Below are positions 56,766-64,000 of a stretch of DNA of 64,000 nucleotides, piece by piece (position 1 is the first letter of the stretch; each line of letters begins with the position of its first letter). Source of the stretch: an uncultured delta proteobacterium (GTDB taxonomy: Bacteria > Desulfobacterota > Binatia > DP-6); the NCBI GenBank assembly GCA_963815115.1, contig CAWFFN010000009.1:1760001-1824000 (forward strand). The letters are read 5' to 3'. A model generated the notes under the pieces. That model did not search any database and was not told the DNA's origin. It saw only the letters and a list, made by a program, of their open reading frames with translations. The position numbers and the translations under genes are program-made.

Positions 56766-58775
56766 TCAGGCGCTGAGGCGCGCCTCGTCGCGCGCGCGCG
56801 GGAGAGCCACCGAGAAGGTGCTGCCGCGCCCGGGCGCGCTCTCGACGCCGAGCTCGCCACCGAGCTGGTCGACCAGCCGGCGTACGATGTAGAGCCCGAG
56901 GCCGACCCCGCTGAACGATCGCCGGTCCGACCCGTCCGCCTGGCGGAACATGTCGAAGATGACGGGGATGTGCTCGGGCGCGATCCCGACGCCGGTGTCC
57001 TCGACCTCGAAGGTGCAGCGCCGCGGCTCCGCCACGTAGCGCACCGTCACCGAGCCGCCGGGTGTGAACTTGATGGCGTTGGCGACGAGGTTCTTCAGGA
57101 TCATGCGGAGCTTCCGGCGGTCGGTCAGCAAGGCCAGCTCGTCGCCGGGCACCCAGCGCAGCTCGAGGCCGGCAGGCCGCGGCAGTGCCGCGAAGTCGAC
57201 GGCGAGATCGAGGAAGAAGTCGCGCAGGGCGACGGGCTCCAGGCGCGGGGGATCCTGGCCGGCTTCGAGACGGTTCAGGTTCAGCGTCGCGTCGATCAGC
57301 TCGAGCAGTTCGACGCCCGTGCGGCGGATCGTCGTCAGAAGCGAGCCGCGCTGTGCCGCCTGCGAGTCGTCGCCCAGCATCTCGGCATACCCGAGCATCA
57401 CGCCGAGCGGCGTGCGCAGCTCGTGGGAGATCGTCGACACGAACTCGAGCTTGAGACGCGTCGCCGTCTCCAGCTCCTCCACCAGGCGCGCGTTCTCGAA
57501 GGCGAGGGAGGCGAACTGGGCAATCCCGAACGCGACGCGCTCCTGGACCGGCGTGAAGGCCTCGGCCCGGCCGCGGAAGCCCGCGCTGAGCAGGCCGAGG
57601 GTTTCCCCGCCGTGCCGCAGCGGCACCAGCAGGCACGCCGTCAGCCCGTAGCGGCGGAGGAGCGCGGCGGTGACCTTCTCCGTCCGATCGGTGGCGAGGA
57701 ACTGCACCACCGGCGCCGCCTGCAAGCGTCCGAGCATCGGGGCCACCGCCTCCGCCGGGTAACGCTGGGTGCGCAGCGCCGCCCAGGTGTCCGCCGGGTA
57801 GCCGTGCGAGGTGAGCGGGACGTAGACGTCGTCCTGGGCGTCGCGCAGGATGGTGAGGCTGCAGTCGCAGCCGAGCAGCTCGGTCGTGAGCTGGCAGAGA
57901 CGCTCGAGGATGTCGGGCTTGTCGAGCGACGAGATGAGGCCCTGTCCCACGCGCACCAGTGCGCTCGCCACCTCGGATTCCTCTTCGAGGCGCCGCCGCG
58001 AGGCGGCGAGGGCGTCCTCGGTGCGCGACCGGATGATGGCGACGCGGGCGACGTGGGTCGCCGTCTGGAGGAGTCGCCACTCGCGCGGTCCGGGCCGCCG
58101 GCGCTCGCGGTAGTACATGGCGAAGGTGCCGAGACACTCGCCGCCGGGCGTGAGGATGGGCGCGGACCAGCAGGCGAGCAGGCCGTGATCCTGGGCGATC
58201 TGGCGATACTCCTTCCAGCGCGGGTCGGCGGCGATGTCGCGTACCACCACCGGCCGGCGGTGGTAGGCGGCCGTGCCGCACGATCCCACCGAGGGGCCGA
58301 TGACGATGCCGTCGGTCGCGCGGCGGTAGGTCGCCGCGAGCGAGGGAGCGGCCCCGTCGCGCAGGCGATCGCCCTCGAGGAGCAGCACGGAGCACAGCAG
58401 CCCCGGGACCTGTCCCTCGATCAGCCGGCAGAGCGCGTCGAGCACCTCGCCGAGCGAGGCCCCGGTGGCCACCATCTCGAGGAGGTGCGTCTGCCCCGCC
58501 AGCATTGACGCCAGCCGGGCCGCCTCCGCCCGCCGCCGGGCATACGCGCGCACGATGGCGACCACGCCGCACGCGAGCAGGGCCCCCGCCAGCCACGGCC
58601 GCCCCGTCCAGGCCCCGCCGAGCGCGACGGCCGTCAGGACGAGACCGACGATCAGACCGGCGCTGGTCGCGTGCCGCTCGCCGGTAGCCGTCCCCCCTTC
58701 GCGGCGAGCGACGCGATGCGCCCCCCCGGGAGGTCGAGTGCCGCGATCTCGGAACGGAGCCGGAGCCAAGTCCAT
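56766..58775 (-). CDS. Membrane sensor histidine kinase with two GAF domains
   Basis: Two TMs; GAF (GSCGTAAY, ACWS.PI); H-box SHELRTPL, N-box NL..NAIKFT, DTGVGI, GVGLGL. Confidence 0.95.
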   Translation of the reverse strand: MDLAPAPFRDRGTRPPGGAHRVARREGGTATGERHATSAGLIVGLVLTAVALGGAWTGRPWLAGALLACGVVAIVRAYARRRAEAARLASMLAGQTHLLEMVATGASLGEVLDALCRLIEGQVPGLLCSVLLLEGDRLRDGAAPSLAATYRRATDGIVIGPSVGSCGTAAYHRRPVVVRDIAADPRWKEYRQIAQDHGLLACWSAPILTPGGECLGTFAMYYRERRRPGPREWRLLQTATHVARVAIIRSRTEDALAASRRRLEEESEVASALVRVGQGLISSLDKPDILERLCQLTTELLGCDCSLTILRDAQDDVYVPLTSHGYPADTWAALRTQRYPAEAVAPMLGRLQAAPVVQFLATDRTEKVTAALLRRYGLTACLLVPLRHGGETLGLLSAGFRGRAEAFTPVQERVAFGIAQFASLAFENARLVEELETATRLKLEFVSTISHELRTPLGVMLGYAEMLGDDSQAAQRGSLLTTIRRTGVELLELIDATLNLNRLEAGQDPPRLEPVALRDFFLDLAVDFAALPRPAGLELRWVPGDELALLTDRRKLRMILKNLVANAIKFTPGGSVTVRYVAEPRRCTFEVEDTGVGIAPEHIPVIFDMFRQADGSDRRSFSGVGLGLYIVRRLVDQLGGELGVESAPGRGSTFSVALPRARDEARLSA

Positions 58776-58825
58776 GCAAACCTAGCGCACGATCCGGCCT
58801 CACGGGAAGCCCCTGGATGGAGCCC

Positions 58826-61651
58826 TCAGGAGGCGGGAATCTGCACCGGCGCCCGAGCCGCCGGGTAGGCGTCCACCATGAGATAGGCCCGGACGGCGTC
58901 GGGGACCTGCTCGCGGGCGAAGGGGATGCGCACGGTGGCGGCCGTGCCGTCGCCGGCCGTCGTGCGCGCCGTCGTGAAGCCGTAGTCCAGCGAGATCGGG
59001 TGGCCGCTCGCCGCGTCGACCAGGAGCAGCGCGAGGCTGTGCTCCTCGGGACGCAGCGACGAGCCGGCGAGCGTCGCCGTGATGCCGCTCGCATCCGCGG
59101 CGAACGTCACGGAACCGATCCCCGCCGGCGCTTGCTGCACGCCCTGGCCCACGGGCGCGAGCTCGAGGCCGCCGAATGCCGTCAGGAGGTCGGTGTCCGG
59201 ATTGCAGAAGCCGAGCTGGCGGAAGAACTGGCCGTAGAACGTGATCCCCGAGCACGGCGTGAGGACGTTGAGCGCGGGGCTGTCGAGCGCCCGGCCCGCG
59301 GCGTCGAGCCGCCCGGCAAGCCGGAAGAAGTCGAACGGGATTCGGATGCGGTTGAACTCGATCGCGAAGCCGCCCTGGTTGGTGAAGGTGGCGAGGCCGC
59401 CGTCGAAGCGGACCTCGAGCGGAAAGAGCACGCGCGTCTCGGGGTCGACCTCGGTGCGGTTCTCGTCTTCGGCGAGTCGCGCGCCGACCACCCAGGCGAT
59501 CGCCTGCCCGTCGGCCGTGCTCTCGACGAGCCCCATCAGGTAGTGGATCGAGTCGAAGCCGATCTGGTTGTAGCTCGGCAGGATGGTGGGAAGCGGGGCG
59601 GCCACGCGCGACAGCTCCCAGATTCCCGCCGGATCGCCGGGCGCGGACGGCACCGGCAGGGGCAGCGTGCCGCCGCTTTGCGCAGGGCGCACGCGCAGGT
59701 CGAGATGCGTGGCGAACGTCCCGCCGACGGAGCCGCCCGAGAAGCGCAGGCCGGCGCGATCGGGATTCACCAGGTAGTCGCCTTCGACGTCGACGTGGAG
59801 CGGCGCGCCGGCCGCACCCGCGAGCCGGTCGAGCGGGATGATGGTGAGGAACTTCCGGTCACCCGAGACCTCCGTGCGCACCGGCGCGGGCGGATCGAGG
59901 GTGACGCGGACGCTCGCCGTGTCGATGAGGGCGAGCTGGGTGTCGCCGTCGCGGCGCACGAAGAGCGAGAACGTGAGCGGCTGATTGGCCTCGATCTCGG
60001 CGGGCGGCGTGGCGAGCTTGCGGCCGAACTGCGTCGTCCAGGCCAGCTCGGCGCCGCTCCGCGGAAGGTCCTCGCCGGGTCCGCGCCGGCAACGCGCGTC
60101 CGACGCGGCTTCCGCGCGCAGGCACCAGTCGTACGGCACGCTGAAGATCTCGCCGCTCTCGCCGGCCAGGACGACGGCATCCGGACCGAGGGCGGGCGAG
60201 GCGTTGAGGTCGTCCCGCGGCCCGTCGATGAGCAGCATCGACCAGCGCAGCGTGCCATCGGGATTGAGCACGAAGAGGCGACCCTCGCCCGAGCCCACGT
60301 AGATGGTGCCGTCGCCGTCGATCGCGGGTGACGACCGGATGGCGTCGCGCGTGTCGAACTGCCAGCGCAGCGCCCCCGTGCCCGGGTCGAGCCCGTACAC
60401 GGTGCCGTCGGCCGAGGGCTGCACGATGGTGCCGTCGGGGAGCTCGCCCGGGCTGGCGTAGATGTGATCGCGCGCGCCGAAGCTCCAGCACGGCACGCCG
60501 CTCGCGGCATCGTAGCAGCGCAGGAAGCCGTCGAAGCCGCCCACCAGGACCTTGCCGTCGGCGGTCAGGAGCGGGCTGGCGGCGACGCTGCCGTCGACGG
60601 TCGCCTTCCAGGCGGCCTCGCCGCTCGTGGCGTCGAGCGCGAACGTGTTGGGCGCGAACAGCTGGACGTTGTTGCCGAGGAAGAGACGCCCGCTGCTCGT
60701 GTCGAGCGCCGGGAGCGACCAGGTCTGATCGCTGGTCCGGAAGCGCCAGCGGACGGCCATGGTGTCGCGGTCGATGGCGTAGGTGAAGAAGTTGTCGTTC
60801 GGCGCGTAGAGCGTGCCGTCCGTGCCCATCGCCACGTTACCCTCGAACCAGTTGATGAACGCGCCGGCGGTTGCGGGCGGATCCGCCGTGAACGTCCACA
60901 CCTCGGCCCCGCTCGCGGCGTCGCGGGCGTAGAGCCGCCCATCGCCGGAGCCGAAGTACACCCGTCCGCGGTCGTCGAGCAGGGCGGAAGAGTCGATGAT
61001 CTCGCCGGTGAGCAGCTGCCAGCGCACCTGGCCCGCCGCCGACAGGGCGTAGAAGGTGCGGTCGGCGGAGCCGACGAAGACGTTGCCGTCGCCGTCGACG
61101 ACGGGGGTGCTGAAGATGCCCTTCCCGGTCCGGAACGACCAGAGATTGCCGCCGCTCATGCCGGGCCGCAGAAGGCTCAGCCCGTTCTGGGCTGGCGTGC
61201 GGCGGAACTTGGGCCAGGGGCTGCGCGGGTCGAGCGGCACGTCGTACGGGCTCCGTGTCGCAGCGATCCGGCGGGTGCGCGGCCGGCCTCGCAGGCGCAG
61301 CCGGCCGTGCACCGCCTCGCAGGTGGGGGCCGCGAGGCGGGCGTCGAGGCGGACGCGACCGCTCACCCCGGAGCAGGCCGGCCAGGCCGCGCGCAGCCGG
61401 GTCGCCTTGCGGGTCGCCCGCATGCGGGCCGCGACCGGCGGGCAGATGGGATCGATCGCGACTTTGCCGTTCGCCAGCACGAGGATCTTCGGCACGTTCA
61501 CCGTGCCCACCGTCTGGCCGCCGGTGAGTGCGAAGCGACCGTCCGGGCAGGGTGCCGGTCGTGGCCGGCGCGCGAGCGCGGGCGTGGCGAGGGCCAACGC
61601 GAGCACCGACGCCGCGAGGCCGGAGCAGGCGCGCCGGTTGCCGGAGGACAT
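58826..61651 (-). CDS. Secreted PQQ-like beta-propeller repeat protein with a large C-terminal region
   Basis: Signal peptide; SPWPKFRR; repeated W.F.T...I.SSP....DG.VY.GS.DG..YAL units. Confidence 0.85.
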   Translation of the reverse strand: MSSGNRRACSGLAASVLALALATPALARRPRPAPCPDGRFALTGGQTVGTVNVPKILVLANGKVAIDPICPPVAARMRATRKATRLRAAWPACSGVSGRVRLDARLAAPTCEAVHGRLRLRGRPRTRRIAATRSPYDVPLDPRSPWPKFRRTPAQNGLSLLRPGMSGGNLWSFRTGKGIFSTPVVDGDGNVFVGSADRTFYALSAAGQVRWQLLTGEIIDSSALLDDRGRVYFGSGDGRLYARDAASGAEVWTFTADPPATAGAFINWFEGNVAMGTDGTLYAPNDNFFTYAIDRDTMAVRWRFRTSDQTWSLPALDTSSGRLFLGNNVQLFAPNTFALDATSGEAAWKATVDGSVAASPLLTADGKVLVGGFDGFLRCYDAASGVPCWSFGARDHIYASPGELPDGTIVQPSADGTVYGLDPGTGALRWQFDTRDAIRSSPAIDGDGTIYVGSGEGRLFVLNPDGTLRWSMLLIDGPRDDLNASPALGPDAVVLAGESGEIFSVPYDWCLRAEAASDARCRRGPGEDLPRSGAELAWTTQFGRKLATPPAEIEANQPLTFSLFVRRDGDTQLALIDTASVRVTLDPPAPVRTEVSGDRKFLTIIPLDRLAGAAGAPLHVDVEGDYLVNPDRAGLRFSGGSVGGTFATHLDLRVRPAQSGGTLPLPVPSAPGDPAGIWELSRVAAPLPTILPSYNQIGFDSIHYLMGLVESTADGQAIAWVVGARLAEDENRTEVDPETRVLFPLEVRFDGGLATFTNQGGFAIEFNRIRIPFDFFRLAGRLDAAGRALDSPALNVLTPCSGITFYGQFFRQLGFCNPDTDLLTAFGGLELAPVGQGVQQAPAGIGSVTFAADASGITATLAGSSLRPEEHSLALLLVDAASGHPISLDYGFTTARTTAGDGTAATVRIPFAREQVPDAVRAYLMVDAYPAARAPVQIPAS

Positions 61652-61786
61652 CCCGTTGGACGTACCGGCACGCCGAGGCGGGCGTCAATGCGATCGCGTC
61701 GGCGATCGCGTCGGCGCGGCCATGGCAGGTGCGAAGCGGGGGGCCCTGCTCGCGCGGTGGCGCTCGGGACGCCACAATGGATTGCC

Positions 61787-63451
61787 GTGCCGCGCGAGGT
61801 CGTGCTGATGCTCCCTCCGTCGCCCGAGCCGCCCGCGACGGACGGAGCGCCGTTGCTGGCGGCGGTGGCGAACGCGCTCGGCTGCGCGCCGCACGCGCTC
61901 TCCGAGGTGCGGCTGCGACGGCTGTCATTCGACGCGCGCCCCCGGGCGCGCTGCTGGCGGCTCGTCGTCGACGCCTGGACACCCGGCGAGCCCGTGCCCG
62001 CGCCGGTCGTGACGGTGCCGCCGACCTTCTCCAGACCCTCGGCCGGCGCGGCGCGCGTCCTCGTCGTCGGCAGCGGCCCCGCGGGCCTGTTCTGCGCCCT
62101 CGACTGCCTCGCCGCCGGGCTGAACGTGACGCTGCTCGAGCGCGGTCTCGACGTCCAGGCCCGCCGGCACGCGCTCGCGGCCGCGAATCGCGGCCTCGCG
62201 ATCGATCCCGACTCGAACTACTGCTTCGGCGAGGGCGGTGCCGGGACGTACTCGGACGGCAAGCTCTACTCGCGCACCGGGTCGCGCTCCGCCGTCCGGG
62301 GCGTGCTGGAGGTGCTCGTGGCGCACGGTGCACCGCCCGAGATACTTGCCAGCTGGCGGCCGCACGTCGGATCGAACCGCCTGCCGCGCGTGGTGCGTGC
62401 GCTGCGCGACACGCTCGAGCGCTCAGGGGGTACGGTGCGCTTCGGCATGCGTGCCGAGACGCTCGAGACGAACGTACGCGATGGCGCCGGCCGCGCCGTC
62501 ACCGCCGTGCTGGCGCGCCGCCTCGACCGTGACGTGTGCGAGCGGGTCCCGTGCGACTCGCTGGTGCTGGCGACGGGCCACAGCGCGCTGGACGCGGTGG
62601 GGATGGCTGCGCAGGCGGGTGCGCGGCTGGAAGCGAAGGGCTTCGCGATGGGCGTGCGCATCGAGCACCCGCAGCCCTGGCTCGACGCGCGCCAGTACGG
62701 CGGCCTGCGCGACGGCTGCGCGCTGCCGGCATCGTTCTACGAGCTGGCGGCGCAGGTGGAGGGGCGGGGCGTGTACAGCTTCTGCATGTGTCCGGGCGGC
62801 TTCGTCGTGCCGGCGAGCACCGAGTCGTCGCGCGTGGTCGTGAACGGCATGAGCCTGTCGCGCCGCGACTCGCCGTTCGCCAGCGCGGGAGTCGTCGTGC
62901 AGGTCGAGCCCGAGGACTGGTGCGGCCCGCGGGGCGCCGCCTGGGGCTGGCCGGCCCTCGTCGGCGGCTCGCTGCCCGAGCATGCGTCCGACGATCCGCT
63001 CTTCGGGGCCCGGCTCCAGCTCGCCCTCGAGCGCCGCGCTGCGGAGGCCGGGGGTGGCGGGAACCGGGCGCCGAGCCAGCGGGCCGATCTCTTCGTCGAG
63101 GGCCGGGGCCGCACCGTGCCACCGGCCGCTGCCAGCTACCGGCCCGGGCTCGCGGCCTGCGATCTCCAGACCCTGCTGCCAGCCGGGATGCGCGCGCGGC
63201 TGCGAGCGGCGCTCCGCACGTTCGACTCGAGGCTCCCGGGCTTCGCGGGTGCGGAAGGACAGCTCATCGGGGTCGAGACCCGCACCAGCTCGCCGGTCCG
63301 CATCGCGCGCGACCCGGAGACGCTCGCGAGCCGCGAGGTCGCCGGCCTGCATCCGTGCGGTGAAGGTGCGGGCTACGCCGGCGGCATCGTGTCCGCAGCG
63401 CTCGACGGCCGGCGCGTCGCGGCGGCGATCGTCGCCCGGCTGGGTCGCTGA
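61787..63451 (+). CDS. Uncharacterised FAD-dependent dehydrogenase
   Basis: VVGSGPAGLF, SN.CFGEGGAGT.SDGKL, PH.G...L, ATGHSA, G.RIEHPQ, YSFCMCPGG, VNGMS, GVETRTSSP, P.GEGAGYAGGI.SAA.DG. Start approximate. Confidence 0.9.
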   Translation: MPREVVLMLPPSPEPPATDGAPLLAAVANALGCAPHALSEVRLRRLSFDARPRARCWRLVVDAWTPGEPVPAPVVTVPPTFSRPSAGAARVLVVGSGPAGLFCALDCLAAGLNVTLLERGLDVQARRHALAAANRGLAIDPDSNYCFGEGGAGTYSDGKLYSRTGSRSAVRGVLEVLVAHGAPPEILASWRPHVGSNRLPRVVRALRDTLERSGGTVRFGMRAETLETNVRDGAGRAVTAVLARRLDRDVCERVPCDSLVLATGHSALDAVGMAAQAGARLEAKGFAMGVRIEHPQPWLDARQYGGLRDGCALPASFYELAAQVEGRGVYSFCMCPGGFVVPASTESSRVVVNGMSLSRRDSPFASAGVVVQVEPEDWCGPRGAAWGWPALVGGSLPEHASDDPLFGARLQLALERRAAEAGGGGNRAPSQRADLFVEGRGRTVPPAAASYRPGLAACDLQTLLPAGMRARLRAALRTFDSRLPGFAGAEGQLIGVETRTSSPVRIARDPETLASREVAGLHPCGEGAGYAGGIVSAALDGRRVAAAIVARLGR

Positions 63452-63539
63452 ACGGGCGTGGGCGGGCCCCCGTGTCGTGCCGCAGCTGTACGCCTGCCGC
63501 CCGCTTGCCCGCCGCGCGGCCACACGTCATTACACCACC

Positions 63540-64000
63540 ATGCCGCTGCACCCTCCGACGTTCGCGCTGCTGGCCCTCGCGCTCCTCTCGCTCGCCGCCT
63601 GCGGAAAGCGCGAGGAGACCGCGAGCGATCCGCTCGCGAGCCGGCTCGACGCCCTCGAGCGGCGCCTCGACTCCATCGATCAGCGGCTCGGGGGTCTCGA
63701 GAAGGAGCTCCCGGCAACCGCGCGGCTGCGGGACGACGTCCGCCTGCTCGAGCAGCGGCTGACCGGCGCCGAGGCGAAGGCGACGCAGGCGCTGGAGACC
63801 GCGAAGGCGGCGCCGACGCTGCCGCCCGTTGCCCCCACGGGCCCGGCCGCCGTCCCGCGACCGGGCGAGCGGCCGGACGTGGTGGAGCGCCGCACGGCGC
63901 TCGCCACCCTCATGACGGAATATCGCCGCAAGCTCTCCGACGTGACGAAGGAGCTCGGACCGAACGCGGACGCGATGGAGCGCGCCGCCGCCCGGCGCGA
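63540..64000 (+). CDS. Coiled-coil lipoprotein, 3' end outside window
   Basis: MPLHPPTFALLALALLSLAACG lipobox, then heptads RLDALERRLDSIDQRL..LE; open to the window end, so absent from the ORF track. Confidence 0.7.
   Translation, partial: MPLHPPTFALLALALLSLAACGKREETASDPLASRLDALERRLDSIDQRLGGLEKELPATARLRDDVRLLEQRLTGAEAKATQALETAKAAPTLPPVAPTGPAAVPRPGERPDVVERRTALATLMTEYRRKLSDVTKELGPNADAMERAAARR

Noticed and set aside
61690-61713. Tandem GCGATCGCGTCG x2 containing the HIP1 octamer
   Set aside because: GCGATCGC is common in this GC-rich sequence, and two copies do not support a function.
1-64000. Many long overlapping ORFs (e.g. 20085-22910, 6721-8844, 50981-53575, 56611-59094)
   Set aside because: Arg/Ala/Gly/Pro-rich shadow frames typical of high-GC DNA that overlap genes with clear family motifs.

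Overview
GC-rich bacterial DNA. The gene repertoire (luciferase-like monooxygenases, acyl-CoA enzymes, Cys-rich secreted proteins) is suggestive of Ca. Binatia or another deltaproteobacterial lineage; this is an inference. The left arm (1-23.6 kb) holds a DltD-like gene fragment, redox and lipid catabolic genes, a vapBC-AhpD-like-adenylate cyclase operon, a cobalt-type nitrile hydratase cluster whose beta subunit is frameshifted into frame with alpha, and moxR. The usual moxR partners (DUF58, BatA/B/C/D/E-like VWA-TPR genes) lie about 22.8 kb further right (46.4-53.7 kb). Between them is a decayed accessory island. It contains an IS4 end, an integron cassette remnant (one canonical attC plus a self-promoted HigBA cassette), a lambda-like cos site with a terminase-small-subunit pseudogene, a class II Fic gene, primase/IS30/IS481/tyrosine-recombinase/AbiEii scraps, a large Cys-rich secreted protein and a ZTP-riboswitch-controlled glyA. 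It also contains an intact four-gene cell-envelope operon: a small procoat-like 'AYLDPSTG' membrane peptide, a TagF-like glycerophosphotransferase, a YejM/PbgA-like sulfatase-fold protein and a dedicated YidC paralogue. That operon is the best candidate for an undescribed system. All assignments come from recognising motifs by eye; no database searches were run.
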